A stretch of DNA of 64,000 nucleotides from Octopus vulgaris. Lineage: Eukaryota. The stretch is taken from positions 32,674,001-32,738,000 of the forward strand of contig OX597838.1 in the NCBI GenBank assembly GCA_951406725.2, given 5' to 3'. This document shows, in pieces, positions 12,520-30,828 of this stretch (position 1 is the first letter of the stretch; every line of letters begins with the position of its first letter). The position numbers were made by a program, and so were the translations under genes. A model generated the notes under the pieces. It was not told the DNA's origin. It did no database searches and was given only the letters and a program-made list of their open reading frames with translations.

Positions 12520-12549
12520 CATTATTATCATTATTATTATTATTATTAT

Positions 12550-12615
<66 letters not shown>

Positions 12616-13159
12616 GCATGTATAGTTTGCAGTGCCATTATAGGTAGGATCAATAAAAAAAAAGGACTCCATTCAGTGAGAGATAAATAATATTTAAATA
12701 TCATTTAATATGCGTAATTATGGAAGAGCTATTAGCAGCTCTTTTGCAATTATGTATATTAGATCACACATACTTATAATTAAACACACTGATAAACTGC
12801 CTGAATAAGCCTTTGGGTGGAATTTGAAGTCTCTGTCAAAATTAATTTTATGCTCAATTTCATTCAACTCTCAGTAACGAAACTCCACCCTCGTTTAATA
12901 TTCTGTACTTGTAGAAAAGTACACAAAGTACTTGGATGCTGAGACCCCCTTCGGTCATGATTGACCATGGGATTACGCCTAGAAAATTACCCTCCCAGGC
13001 ACAGGTCTGGGCAAGGTTGTTTATGGAAGACCAACAGTTGCCCATGCATACCGGCCTCCCCTCTCCACGCCAGAAGTTACTGCCATGTGTGTACATATGT
13101 ATGTAGGTGCTTGTTCCTCTCCGAGAGGGAGAGTAAAAATCTATATCTATATCTATCTA

Positions 13160-15679
<2,520 letters not shown>

Positions 15680-15712
15680 CATATATATATACATATATAC
15701 ATATACACACAC

Positions 15713-15851
<139 letters not shown>

Positions 15852-16158
15852 CTATCAAAACCAAGGCTGGTGTATTTAATTTGTTTATCTGCATAATTAC
15901 CTCCCTAATCTGCTCACCTGGATTCTTCTTATAGCTATTCTTTACCCTGCAGAATTGGTACCTTGTAAAGACATTGGAGTCTAAGTTCAAAATATTTGGG
16001 TGCTACCGTTTTCTATACCAAGAATCTCTAAATCTTATCTGTTCACTACACACACACACACACACATATATAAATAAGGATAAGATCATTAATTTAAAAC
16101 TAAAATAACGATTTTATCAGGTGGTCAGCATGGAAAAATAACCTTCAAAGGTAATAAT

Positions 16159-16437
16159 TATTAAAATTATAAATTAGGGTATCTTCTAGATACCACCATG
16201 CTGAAAATAGCAGCCATGATCCGACTCTAAAACCACCTTAATTGTCCATAAATCAGCACAGAGAGAAAACAAAGAGACAAGATGAAACTAGTAAAAAATT
16301 ACTGGATATTTACTAGTTTTATCTTGTCTTTTTGTTTTCTCTGTGTGGTGATTTATGGACAATTAAGGTGGTTTTAGAGTTAGACCATGGCTGCTATGTT
16401 CAGCATGGTGGTATCTAGTAGATACCCTAATTTATAA

Positions 16438-16445
<8 letters not shown>
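16159..16445. repeat. Imperfect fold-back (about 137-bp arms) ending in (TA)n
   Basis: 16159-16296 is the approximate reverse complement of 16309-16445. It shares aattaggg...aaatagcagcc with the elements at 7655 and 30920. Confidence 0.75.
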
Positions 16446-16531
<86 letters not shown>

Positions 16532-16610
16532 CATAAGACACACATATATATTATGAGTGTCTGTGTGTGTATGTGTGTGTGTGTGCGCGCGTGCGTGCGT
16601 GCGTGCGTGC

Positions 16611-16654
<44 letters not shown>

Positions 16655-17018
16655 CTGTGTTTGTCCACCATCTCTGCTTGACAACTAGTGTTGGTGTGTT
16701 TATATCTCCGTAACCTAGCAGTTCAGCTAAAGAGATCCGATAGATTAAGTTACCAGGCTTTAAAAAGAGATAAAAGAAACTGGGGTCGATTCGTTTGACT
16801 AAAATTCTTCCAGGTGGTGCCCCAGCATGGCCACAGATTAATGACTGAAAGAGGAAGAAGAATAAAAGAATTCTTGGATACAAAATTGATTTTAGTTAAT
16901 TCTTTTGTATTCATATCCACTTTATTCTTGTACCTAAATGCACACACACACACACACACACAAATAGTTTCAAAATATTCAGATCGATACATTTGATAAA
17001 ATAGGTACCAAATAGATT

Positions 17019-17246
17019 TAACCCTTTAGTGTTCACATTATTCTGCCAAAGTTAATCCTTTTTCATCCTCATTGTTTTGAACTAATCAGGCATTATCTTG
17101 TAGCTATGAGATTTTGATGAGGTAGCTGCTAATTTTTAAAATGATATTGTAGGGTTGGTCTGAGAGACCAGATCTGGCCAGTTTGAACATAAAACAGGCA
17201 GAATACTTTTGGCCGGATATGGCCGGTTTAAATGCAAAAGGGCTAA
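17019..17246. mobile_element. piggyBac-like MITE
   Basis: Termini ttaa-ccctttag...caaaaggg-ctaa. A homologous copy at 26182-27783 is split by an insertion. Confidence 0.55.
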
Positions 17247-18495
17247 GGGAGATTTGACTGCTATTTCTAGCAGTCTAAACAATACAGCAGAGGGTTTCCC
17301 TGTTGACTTTCCCTTTCATGTTATCCTTACCGTAAGTAGCTGTTAAGTACCAAATGGCATGTGCGTGACACTGGGGTGGAGAGGCACAAAGTGTGCAACC
17401 TTAGGCCAATGTTATAAATCAATTGAACGTATATAATCTCACACCAACACAACCAAACGTATACACACACTGCACAGATACACTCTTTGATTGTACATAC
17501 TGCATATATACATACACACACACACGTGCGCACACACACACGTGCGCACACACACACACACACACACTCTCTCTCTCTCTACCCATACACATATTTTAAA
17601 AGATAATAGTTTTAATTGAAGAGGGAGATTTGTCGTTTAATAGTCAACTGATTTCCTAAAATAATGATGATGGTGGTGGTGGTGGTGGTGGTGGTGGTGG
17701 TGGTGGTGACAATGACCCATTATCCGCTTATATTAAGCTAATTTGATAAAATTACAGATTAATTTCAAATTATAATTATGATGATATAACAATTAAAGTT
17801 GAACTGTTTCTTCCCTCACCCCACCCTGCACCCACTATGGTAAAAGACCAGCGTCGCCTTACTGGCACTTGTGCCCGTGCTAGTAGGGTGCCGAGAGCAC
17901 CATCCGAGCGTGGTCGTTGCCAGAGCAGCCAACTGGCTTCCATGCCGGTGGCACGTAAAAGGGCACCATTCGAGCATGATCGTTACCAACGTCGCCTTAC
18001 TCGCACCTGTGCTGGTGGCATGTGTGAAAGGATTTGAGCGAGGTCGTTGCTAGTACCTATTTCTTTATTACCCACAAGGGGCTAAACATAGAGGGGACAA
18101 ACAAGGACAGGCATAGGTATTAAGTCGATTACATCAACCCCAGTGCGTAACTGGTACTTAATTTATCGACCCCCGAAAGAATAAAAGGCAAAGTCGGCCT
18201 CGGCGGAATTTGAACTCACAACGTAATGACAGACGAAATGCGGCTACGCATTTCACCCGGCGTGCTAACGTTTCTGCCAGCTCACCACCTTCATTGCTAG
18301 TACTGCCTGACTGGCCCCCATTCCAGTGGCACGTAAAAAGCACCCACTACGCTCTCAGAGTGATTGGCATTAGGAAGGGCATCCAGCTGTAGAAACTCTG
18401 CCAAATCAAGATTGGAGCCTGGTGCAGCCATCTGGTTCGCCAGCCCTCAGTCAAAATCGTCCAACCCATGCTAGCATGGAAAGCGGACGTTAAAC

Positions 18496-18530
<35 letters not shown>

Positions 18531-19788
18531 TGGAATGGCCAACTGGACAGGACAGCAAAGAACCTGTCATGAACCTGGTTGTCTGGTGCTGTTATTGATG
18601 CTCTATTGACTCTGTGACAAAGATATTTTGTTGTTGTTTGTTCATTCTTGAACCACACCTGGCTCATAGGGCCAGTTTCCCAGTTTCATTGGCGTAGGGG
18701 TTTCCCACCTGGACAGGACGCTGGTCCAGCACAGGTGAGCTGCTAGGTGCAGGAGGAAAGAGTGAGAGAAAGTTGTGGTGAAAGAGTCAGCAGAAGTTTG
18801 CCATTACCTTCTGCTGGAGCCACGTGGAGTTTAGGTGTTTTCGCTCATAAACACACACATTGCCCAGTCTGAGATTCAAACCCACGATCCCTCGACCGTG
18901 AGTCCACTACTCTAACCACTGGGCCATGTGCCTCCATGACAGAGATATTACATGACACTAATATATAAAACTATAAGATACTGTTGCAAAATGTGGCTTC
19001 TCTTCTGTATCAACATGGCTCTTAAAGGAAAAGTTAGAAGCAGGAGTGGCTGTGTGGTAAGTAGCTTGCTTATGAACCAAATGGTTCCAGGTTCATTCCC
19101 ACTGCGTGGCACCTTGGGCAAGTGTCTTCTACTATAGCCTTTGGCTGACCAAAGCCTTGTGAATGGATTTGGTAGAGTTGCACAGGAAAAAAACCCAAAA
19201 CCCCCCATTTGTGCTGGTGCCCTGAAAAAAGCATGGAGTACACAAATTAGAGTTTGGCATTAGGAAAAGCATCCAAACATAAAAAAAAAACCATGCCAAA
19301 GCTGACAGGGTGCTCTGTGCAGACCCGGTGGCTCACCAGATCCTGTCAAACTGTCCAGTCCATGCTAGCATAGAAAACATGATGATGATGTTTTCATGGA
19401 ACCTTTAAAGAGATTTTTGTCCACTAATTGCATGAAAAAATCTCAACTTACTATATTGCATATGCAAGATCCTAGCATATATATATATATCTATATGACA
19501 ATCCGGTGTTGGTGCGTTTACATTCATGTAACTTAGCAGTTCAGTAAAAGAGACTGATAGAATAAAAAGAGTACCATGCTGAAAAAAAAAAGAAAGTCCT
19601 GGTGTTGATTTGTTCTACTAAAACCCTTCACGGTGCTGCCCCAGCATGGCCACAGTCTATTGGCTGAAGGCAGAACACTCCCCACTTAGCTTTGTTTGTG
19701 CCATATTGTCAATATATATATATTTTTTATCATGTTTGTGTGTGTATGAATTATGTGTGTGTGTATGTATATGTATGTGAATTTGTGT

Positions 19789-19831
<43 letters not shown>

Positions 19832-20735
19832 TGAATTTGTGTGTGTACGTGTCAATTTTTATGTGTGTGTGTATGTGTGAATTTGCATGTGAATTTGTAT
19901 GTGTGTGTGAATTTGTGTGAGTGTGTGTGTGTGTATGTGCATGTTATATGTAAGTGTGTTGTGTGGGTATGAATATCATCTACCTGCTACGTTCTGAGTT
20001 CAAATTCTGCCGCTACGTTCTGAGTTCAAATTCTGCCGAGGTCGACTTTGCCTTTCATCCTTTTGGTGTTGATTAAATAAGTACCAGTTACGCACTGAGG
20101 TTGATCTCATGGACTGGCCTCCCCCCCCACCTCCCAAAAAAATTTTCGGGCCTTCTTCCTAGAGTAGAAAAGATTATTTACATAATATATATATTTTTTT
20201 ATTCACATTATATATATGTAAATATAAATCGACTTAATCCGTTTGTCTGTCCTTGTTTGTCCTCTCTGTGTTTAGCCCCTTGTGGGTAGTAAAGAAATAG
20301 GTATAATATACAGCATAAATTATACATAACTTGCAGTATCCATTTTTCCCTAAGTTTAACCAGTTTGGTCCAGGCGGATAATCACAGAAATGTCGTTTAT
20401 TGAACAAAAAAACTAAATGCTTGTAATCAGCTCGGCAATCTTGATTACCACCGACTCGCGTTGGTAACGACAGACTAACTCAGACATCGGTCATTGACAA
20501 AACAATAATGGATTATATAACAGTTTTTATCAGCCTGCGTGAAATACCTATATCGAAAAACCATATATGTTCTCCGTCTTGCTCTTTCTCTCCGCCCCAC
20601 TTTTTATTGCTCCAACTCCTTCATCCTTTCTGTCTATCATTATTCCTCTTTCACATCATATCCTGTTAGATGCAGAATTTTTTATAACTTTCATTGTCTT
20701 TTTCTGTTCTCAATATTTGCACGAAATATTATCCT

Positions 20736-20771
<36 letters not shown>

Positions 20772-20891
20772 TTGACTTTCTCTGTGTCAGCCTCACTCCC
20801 TCTTTCTCTCTGTTTCTCTATATGTGTGTGAATATGCATGTAGGTATATATATATATATGTATATAAAATGTACTGATCCTTTAAATAAAT

Positions 20892-21500
<609 letters not shown>

Positions 21501-21647
21501 CACATACATACACACATGCATACATGTGTGTATGTATATATATATGATTGTACATATATATATGTGTGTGTGGACACGCGCATATATATGTGTGTGTACT
21601 ATTAAATATATATATATACACATATATGTATTCAGATATAATGTATA

Positions 21648-21693
<46 letters not shown>

Positions 21694-21879
21694 CAAATAT
21701 ATATGTACATATATATATATATACATGTATATACATATAAATGTGTGTATATATATATACACACGCGTAAACCTACACACATGCATACATACACACACAC
21801 ACACACACACATGCATGTGTGCGTCTATGTATGTATTGCATATCTGGTCATTATTCAATCAATCATTCTCTCTTGAACA

Positions 21880-21938
<59 letters not shown>

Positions 21939-22454
21939 TCCCCATCCCCGTCTCTCCATCAATTACGCTTTGTCTCACTGAAGTCATTTCAATAATGCAT
22001 TTATTGATCTTACTCTTCCAGTCCATCCAGTATTTCAATCGAACTCTTTTTGTCTCGCCCATAATATCGATAAACATTCCACCCACATCCAGCACGTGAA
22101 GTCCTAAATCTCCCCCAACTCCTATCACAAAAAAAGCACCATCCCATTCAAGCTTTCTAAGTGCATGCGTGTTTAGATATGAAGAATTAATTAATGCATA
22201 GCGTGCTAACAGGACATGTAAGATCATTTATATGGGTTGGAACAAAAGTCCATACTGTTTCCCAAACGGTGGCATTTAAACGTGATTTCATATCCCATGA
22301 GGCAGAAAGCATACAAAAGCGGGTGGGGCTGAAAAGTTCCTGGCTCTAATGGTATTGTATAAGTCCTACTTGAGGGCCCAATCTCCTGAGTTCTTTTACA
22401 GAGCTTAGAAAAACTAAAGAACCACTGCAAGAAGTATGTGAACGTTCCAGCAAA

Positions 22455-22508
<54 letters not shown>

Positions 22509-22646
22509 AAACATAATAAATAATAATAGGGTAATAAGAAATTATTATTACCAGTGGCCTAGTGGTTTTGAGTTTTCTACTGCTCTTTCTAGCACAAGGA
22601 CTTTCCTATTTGGAAGCCTCTTATTTCCTATTTGGAAGCCACTTAT

Positions 22647-22692
<46 letters not shown>

Positions 22693-23338
22693 CATGTACA
22701 TTTATATATATGCATATTTCCCTCCACTTTTCACTTCACTGTGTCCCTGTCATTTTTTCTCGCCCCCTCCTTAATTCTTCTGTTCCTCTACATCTCTCTC
22801 TTCTCTTCCCACATGACCGGCATTTGGTCAAACCTGATCTTTCTTTCTTGGTCTGGCCGTTGTCTGTACAACATCGATATTCCTCCCTCTGTCTATGAAA
22901 TCTTGTATCCCTCCCATAAGGCTTCATTTCCACACATGCCAGCTTAATTCAATTTGTCCTTAGTCGAAAGACACCTGTTGTTATGTCCTGTTATGATTTT
23001 TATTGTATTTGAGTAACATTGTCCGTTTTTTTCCGTCCTTGTTTTTGTATACCTTCGGTGCTTTCTTCTGAGGAATCTAATGCTCTTAGCTTAGATTTTC
23101 CTTGGGGCTGGCCAGATTGGAGCAATCTCAAATATAACCAACTGAAATTGCAAAGATAATCTGGAACTCTACTGAGGAAAGAAAACTCCAAATGACCCAT
23201 CCTTGTTTTCTTTGTATCGTCTATCTGGATGTTTTGTTGTCCCTTTTTTTTATCACCTAACTGTCTGGATGTTTTGTGTTCTTGTCACATCATGCATTTT
23301 TTTATATACATCTATCTATCTATCTATCTATCTATTTA

Positions 23339-23408
<70 letters not shown>

Positions 23409-23603
23409 TACGAGGGAGTGCTAAAAAGTTCCTGGCTTTAAGGATATTGCGAGCTGCCTGGTTCTTTTACAAGGTTTTAAAAAAACTGAAGGACCAATGC
23501 AATAAGTGTGTAAATCTGAGAGGGGAGAATGTTGAGTAAAATCATAATTAACAGTTTGCCTGCTATTTTCTTTTACCCAAAGCCAGGTACTTTTCAGCAC
23601 TTC
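23409..23603. mobile_element. mariner-derived MITE
   Basis: TA + cgagggagtgctaaaaagttcctggcttt ... aaagccaggtacttttcagcac inverted ends. A related copy lies at 22318-22460. Confidence 0.65.
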
Positions 23604-24483
23604 TAGTAAAGTAAAATTCCTGTTGAGGAAAAAATGTCAAAAAGTTAGTTCCTTGACCATTTTATTACCATATTTCTGCAGAAATGTACTGTCTTGTTTC
23701 AGTGAATTTTTGAAAACCATGCAGTATTTATTAAAATCATTAATCTAGTGTAATTGGCAGAATCGTTAGCATGCTGAACAAAACGCTTAGCAGCGCTTCT
23801 TCTGAATTTACATTCTACGTTCAAATTCTGCCGAGGTTGACTTTGCCTTTTGGATAAAACTGATGCCACTGTTAATAACCTTACACCAGGCATGGACACC
23901 GTTTTTGGGGGTTTTCTTTGAGAAACAGGCCACGTGAGATACTTCTCACAATCAGGCAGATTGCACTTCTAAAAAGATTCAAGCTAATTTTTTTTTCATT
24001 AGGCATGACATTCAGAAAATGTCACAGGCTGTAGATTGCCTGTGGCTGGCCCATACACTTTACATCAGTTTTAGGCTTTGTAATTAGGTAAGAAATTAAT
24101 ATCCATCAGGAGATACACCCAGCAGTACTCCGCTTTATGTCTCGCAGGAGTGGCTGTGTGGTAAGTAGCTTGATTACGAACCACATAGTTCCAGGTTCAA
24201 TCCCACTGCGTGGCACCTTGGGCAAGTGTCTTCTACTATAGCCTCGGGCCGACCAAAGCCTTGTGAGTGGATTTGGTGGACAGAAACTGAAAGAAGCCCA
24301 TTGTGTATATGTATATGTATATTTATATGTATATGTATATATGTATATATATATTTCTCTCCTTGTTTTTTCTGTGTCCCTTTCTGTAGAAGAGCATAGG
24401 CTCGAAACATAAAAGAATTTTTTTATTCCTGAGCGTTATACTAATACATCTGTTTGTTTTGTACACCACCTGTCTTCATCTTT

Positions 24484-24546
<63 letters not shown>

Positions 24547-25749
24547 ATGTGTGTGTATGTGTGTGTATATACTCTTTTACTCTTTTACTCTTTTACTTGT
24601 TTCAGTCATTTGACTGCGGCCATGCTGGAGCACTGCCTTTAGTCGAGCAAATCGACCCCGGGACTTATTCTTTGTAAGCCCAGTACTTATTCTATCTGTC
24701 TCTTTTGCTGAACCGCTAAGTGACGGGGACGTAAACACATCAGCATCAAGCAATGTTAGGGGGACAAACACAGACACACACAGACATATATATATATATA
24801 TACATATATACGACAGGCTTCTTTCAGTTTCCGTCTACCAAATCCACTCATAAGGCATTGGTCGGCCCGGGGCTATAGCAGAAGACACTTGCCCAAGATG
24901 CCACACAGTGGGACTGAACCCGGAATCATGTGGTTGGTTAGCAAGCTACTTACCACACAGTCACTCCTGCATATATGTTTGTATATCTGTGTTTGTCCTC
25001 CCAACATCGCTTGACAACCAATGCTAGTGTGTTTACATCCCCGTAACTTAGCAGTTCGGCAAAAGAGACCGATAGAATAAGTACTAGGCTTCCAAAGAAT
25101 AAGTCCTGGGGTCGATTTGCTTGACCAAAGGTGGTGCTCCAGCATGGCCGCAGTCAGATGACTGAAACAAGTACAAGAGTAAAAAGAGCATATAAAATCT
25201 ACGTCAGTGATAGCAGGTCGACTGAAGTCTGTGATGATGACAATGATGTTCTGTATGAGAACTGTTTGTGATGGCCTTGTTGTAAATGATGCAATTCTTG
25301 CTCAGCCAACCAGAAACAGGATATACTAAAGACATAAAATTACATGGTCACGTTCACTCGCACTCCTAGTTTTATGCCTCAGTGCATTTGTTCGTGTATA
25401 TGCTTGCAAACAGTATGAGCGAGTGTGTGTGTGTGTGTGTCTGGAGTTGACTGCGTGGGTATGTCTTTGTGTAATTATAATTCAGCCTTTTACGTGTTGC
25501 AGGGTTAGCGAAACAAATGACGACAGGGTCGATTAAGCAAATCTTTGGTTGAGCAGGTTTGTTTGACAGCTTAGGAAGAAGCTGTGCAAAGGAAAGAGGA
25601 GAACGTGAGCTTTCGGCCATGCACATGGCCATCTTCAGAGTAGTGGGGATTAAAGTATGTTGTGTGTGTGAGTGTGTGTGTGATCTTAGAATGATTGCTA
25701 TAGAACATCCTGGGTCATGGGTGCTAAAAGCACTCATAGACCAGTAGAT

Positions 25750-26062
25750 GCGGAGGCACATGGCCTAGTGGTTAGAGCAGCGGACTCGCGGTCGAGGGAT
25801 CGCAGGTTCAAATCTCAGACTGGATGATGTGTGTGTTTATGAGCGAAACACCTAAGCTCCAAACGGCTCCGGCAGAAGGTAATGACGAAACTTCTGCTGA
25901 CTCTTTCGCCACAACTTTCTCTCACTCTTTCCTCCTGCATCTTGCAGCTCACCTGCGATGGACTGGCGTCCCATCCAGGTGGGGAACCTATACGCCAAAA
26001 AACCGGGAAACTGGCCCTTATGAGCCAGGCATGGCTCGAGAAGGAATGAACAAACAAACAAA
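25750..26062 (+). mobile_element. tRNA(Arg)-derived SINE (family D)
   Basis: Head ggcacatggcctagtggttagagcagcggac-TCG-cggtcgagggatcgcaggttcaaatc has A/B boxes and an Arg anticodon, followed by a non-tRNA body and (AAAC)n tail. Relatives at 3325(-), 18655(-), 39260(-), 40350, 41425 and 57850(-). Confidence 0.8.
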
Positions 26063-26380
26063 CCAGTAGAGTGTATTAAACCAGGCAGTAGGGTAATTTT
26101 ACCAACAAAAACACAAAATAGAAAAAAAAACAGGGTTCCTGGTAATGATTCAACACATGACCTACAGACAACAGGACAACTTTAACCCTTTTGCATTTAG
26201 TTTATTCTGTCAAATGTAATGTTTATTTATTCACATTGTTTTGAATTGATCATCCATTGTCTCTTAAGCTCTGAGATTTCAATGATGTGACATTTAAGGG
26301 TGAGTGCGAGAGGCCAGATCTGGTTGGTTTAAACAGATAAAGCAGGTAAAATGTTTGGGCCAGATGTGGTTGGTTTAAAC

Positions 26381-27134
26381 CAGGGGTCACCAAAGGGGGT
26401 GGGGGATCTGAAGTAACCCCTAGGGCTCGGCGAGGAATTACAGGGAGTCAATGATAGCCAAGGGATCAAATGAGGGTTGGCGTGTGAAAGACCAGCTCAC
26501 CCAGATGAACAGCTTGCAGTACTTAGTCAGCGCCATACCCATCCCTCACATTAATATTGTCAATTTCAATGAAAGATATTCCAGCAATGTGATGTGTTTT
26601 TCACATTTTCTAACTCCAAAAACAATTTCATAAAAATCAAAAGTTTAATACTGTATACTGTATAGGCGCAGGAGTGGCTGTGTGGTAAGTAGCTTGTTTA
26701 CCAACCACATGGTTCCGGGTTCAGTCCCACTGCGTGGCACCTTGGGCAAGTGTCTTCTACAATAGCCTTGGGCCGACCAAAGCCTTGTGAGTGGATTTGG
26801 TAGACGGAAACTGAAAGAAGCCCGTCGTATATATGTATATATATATATATGCGTGTGTGTGTTTGTGTGTCTGTGTTTGTCCCTCTAGTTGGTGTGTTTA
26901 TGTCCCCGTCACTTAGCGGTTCGGCAAAAGAGACCAAAAGAATAAGTCCTGGGGTCGAGTTGCTCGATTAAAGGCGGTGCTCCAGCATGGCCGCAGTCAA
27001 ATGACTGAAACAAGTAAAAGAGTAAAAGAGTAAAGTGTAGTTTTAAATGTAAAAAGTGTGTCATCTTCAATAGCATTTCTTAATTTGTCATATATGCATA
27101 TTTTAGCTAGCATTTTAATTGCCGGCATCAGTAC

Positions 27135-27165
<31 letters not shown>

Positions 27166-27762
27166 GTTTAACGTCCGCTTTCCATGCTAGCATGAGTTGG
27201 ATGATTTTGACTGAGGTCTGGCGAACCAGATGGCTGCACCAGGCTCCAATCTTGATTTGGCAGAGTTTCTACAGCTGGATGCCCTTCCTAACGCCAACCA
27301 CTCCGAGAGTGTAGTGGGTGCTTATTACGTGCCACCGGCACGGGGGCCAATCAGGCGGTTCTGGCAATGACCCTCGCTCGAATCTTTTTACATATACCAC
27401 CAGTACAGGTGCCAGTAAGGCGACGTTGGTAATGATCACGCTTGAATGGTGCTCTTTTACGTGTCACTGGCACAGAAGCCAGTTTGCGTCTCTGGCAACG
27501 ATCATGCTCGGATGGTGCTCTTGGCACCCTACTAGTACGGGCACAAGTGCCAGTAAGGCGACGCTGGTAACGATCACACTATTTAAGATATGGTATGGTA
27601 GGGTAGGAGTATTAAGATATTTTAAATGAGGTGGATGGTCGACATGAAAGGAGAAGTGGTTAAAGGGGGAGGGGTGATGTGGAAGGAGAAGTGGTTAAAG
27701 AGGGTCAATGGGAAAGAAGTGGCTAAAGGGAGTCGATGGTTGAAAAAGCTTGGCAAACCCTG
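26381..27762. mobile_element. hAT-type non-autonomous element with nested SINE A (26664-27034) and RTE 3' end (27135-27580)
   Basis: Termini caggggtcaccaaa / ttggcaaaccctg. 8-bp target duplication gtttaaac / gtttaaat. Confidence 0.7.
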
Positions 27763-28579
27763 GTTTAAATGCTAAAGGATTAACCCAAGGTGCTCCTTTG
27801 TTGACTTTGATATTGTCTCAGTTTCAAAAATGACAATTCTTTACTGCAGTCGGTAACCATGAGTAACATATAGAATAGCATTGCATTTTCTGCATTTAGA
27901 AGACTTCAAAGTATTGTCTGTCTGTTATGAAACTGTTAAGCTGTTATGCAGTAAATGCAGTACAAGTTCTTGTTAAGTAATGGTTGTGTGGGTAGTCTTT
28001 TATTTGTTTCAGTCATTTGACTGCGGCCATGCTGGAGCACCACCTTTTGTCGAACAAGTCGACCGCAGGACTTATTCTTTGTAAGCCTAGTACTTATCCT
28101 ATCGGTCACTTTTGCTGAACCGCTAAGTTACGGGGAGGTAAACACACCATCATCGGTTATCAAGCGATGGTGGTGGGGACAAATACACACACACATACAC
28201 ACACACATGCTCACATATAACGGGCTTCTTTCAGTTTCCATCTACCAAATCCACTCACAAGGCTTTGGTCAGCTCAAGGCTACAGTAGAAGACACTTGTC
28301 CAAGGTGCCATGGTGTGAGACTGAACCCAGAACCATGTGGTTGGGAAGCAAGCTTCTTACCACACAGCCACACCTGCATCTTTTATCTTTTACTTGTTTC
28401 AGTCATTAGACTGCGGCCATGCTGGGGCACCACCTTAAGGAATTTTTAGTCAGCCTGGTACTTATTCTAATCAATCTCTTTGGCTGAACCATTAAGTTAT
28501 GGGGATGTAAACACACTAACACCAGTTGACAAGCAGTGGCGGGGGGGGACAAACACACTCACACACACACACACACATG

Positions 28580-28610
<31 letters not shown>

Positions 28611-29722
28611 TCACTCACACACACATCTATCTATATATATATGTATATGATGGGCTTCTTTCAGTTTCCATGTATCCAAATCCACTCACAAGGCTTTGGT
28701 TGACCCAAGGCTATGGCAGAAGACACTTGCTCAGGGTGCAACTCTGTGGTACTGAACCCAAAACCATGTGGTTGGAAAACGACCTTCCAAGCTTCTTATC
28801 ACACAGCCTTGCCTGTACCCATATTACTAAACATATTTAATACAGGGTGGCACAAAAGTTACAGAGGGGTCCAACTCACCACCTTAATAATAATGATGGT
28901 TTCCAATTTTGGCACTAGGCTAGCAGTTTTAGGGTAGGGGTTAAGTCAATTGCTTCAGTTCTAGTGCTCACCTGGTACTTATTTTATCAACCCCGAGAGG
29001 ATGAAAGGCAAAATTGACCTTGGCAGAATTTGAACTCAGAACATAAAGACAGATGAAATGCTGCTAAGGATCTTTTTCCCAGCGTGCTAACGATTCTGCC
29101 AGCTCAACACCTTATTATTTATATATACATCAAAATCAAAATAAAAATTCAAATGGAAATTGCAGTTAAGACACCCATGCCAGTGACACGTAAAAAGCAC
29201 CGCCCGAACGTGGCAGATGCCGGTGCCGCCTGACTGGCGTCCGTGTCGGTGACACGTAAAAGCACCAACCAATCGTGGCCGTTTGCCAGCCTGCTCTGGC
29301 CCCTGTGCTGGTAGTACGTAAAAAGACACCCACTACACTCACGGAGGGGTTGGCGTTAGGAAGGGCATCCAGCTGTAAAAACACTGCCAAATCAGAGTAG
29401 CGCCTGGTGCAACCTCCATGGCTTCCAGACCCTGGTCGAACCGTCCAACCCATGCTAGCGTGGAAAACGGACATTAATGATGATGATGATGTAATATAAG
29501 GCGGCGAGCTGGCAGGATTGTTCGCATGCCGGGTGAAATGCTTAGCAATATTTCGTCCACCTTCACGTACTGAGTTCAAATTCTGCCCAGGGTCAACTTT
29601 GCCTTTTATCCTTTCAGGGTCGATTAAATAAGTACCAGTTATGCACTGGGGTCAATGTAATTGACTTAATCCCTTCCCCCAAATTTGAGGCCTTGTACTT
29701 CCATTAGAAAAAAGAGTATTTG

Positions 29723-30126
29723 TATGTAATCTCATCGCACAAACAATAACTCTGAGCACCTCTTCAAACTCCACCCATCTAACACCCGTGGACATATTTA
29801 CAAAGTCAGAAAACAGCACAGCTCCCATGACTTTAGGAAACATTTTTTCACGCTGAGAGTTGCTGAAGCGTGGAACAAACTGCCGGCATCGGTTGTTAGT
29901 TGTCGGAGCACTGCATCCTTCAAAACTTCCATGCTTCCTGAGATTCGACAACACTACACCTGATTTTCTCCCCTCCATACACACACAGGCATGTATCTGA
30001 CTCATACATTGTTCGCTTTCCAGACATTTTTACATTACTGCATTACTGCTTTATATGCACTTTCTGACAAGTTGTGGTGCACCTGAGCACTGTATACAAT
30101 AATTTCATTATTATTATTATTATTAT
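29723..30126 (+). mobile_element. CR1-clade LINE 3' fragment
   Basis: Translates to SNTRGHIYKVRKQHSSHDFRKHFFTLRVAEAWNKLPASVVSCRSTASFK, the CR1 ORF2 C-terminus, followed by a UTR and (ATT)n tail. A shorter copy lies at 11135-11340. Confidence 0.85.
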
Positions 30127-30828
30127 CAGTTCCATTGCACCAAAGGACAGGCAGAATCCACATAATAATGTAGAGCTCCTCCTTGGGTCAATCAGAACAA
30201 CAAATTTGGACATTTCTGTTTACATTTTATCATACTCTCTGAATTCACAGTGACTGTAGTATTTGTATGCATTTGTGTGTGTGTGTGTGTGTGTTTTGAT
30301 CATAATCGGTGGTTTCTGCTTGACCTGTTTGAAGGCCATATCGATTATCTCGTTAATTAAATTGGATAATGAATTTGTGTTGTGAGAAAGGTTATCTGTT
30401 TATAATCTCCAACTACCTGACATTGTAGGAAGAAGCAGCCTCATGATGTGTTTACTTAAAACAGTCTTATGTTTCTTGGTGAGCATATATGTGCGTACTA
30501 TAATGTGTGTGGGTGTGTTCATAAATGTATACACACACACACACACACATATATATATGTTGAGGTATGTTGGTATAGCTGTTTTTATATTTGTGAAATA
30601 GTATTATATATGATATATATATATATATATATATATATTTCTTTACTACCCACATGGGGCTAAACATAGAGGGGACAAACAAGGACAGACAAACGGATTA
30701 AGCCGATTACATCAACCCCAGTGCGAAACTGGTACTTTATTTATCGACCCCGAAAGGATGAAAGGCAAAGTCGACCTCGGCGGAATTTTGCCCGGCGTGC
30801 TAATATATATATATATATATATATATAT

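Noticed and set aside
25750-25830. tRNA-Arg gene
   Set aside because: The acceptor stem is degenerate and the sequence continues into a repeated SINE body, so it is a SINE head.
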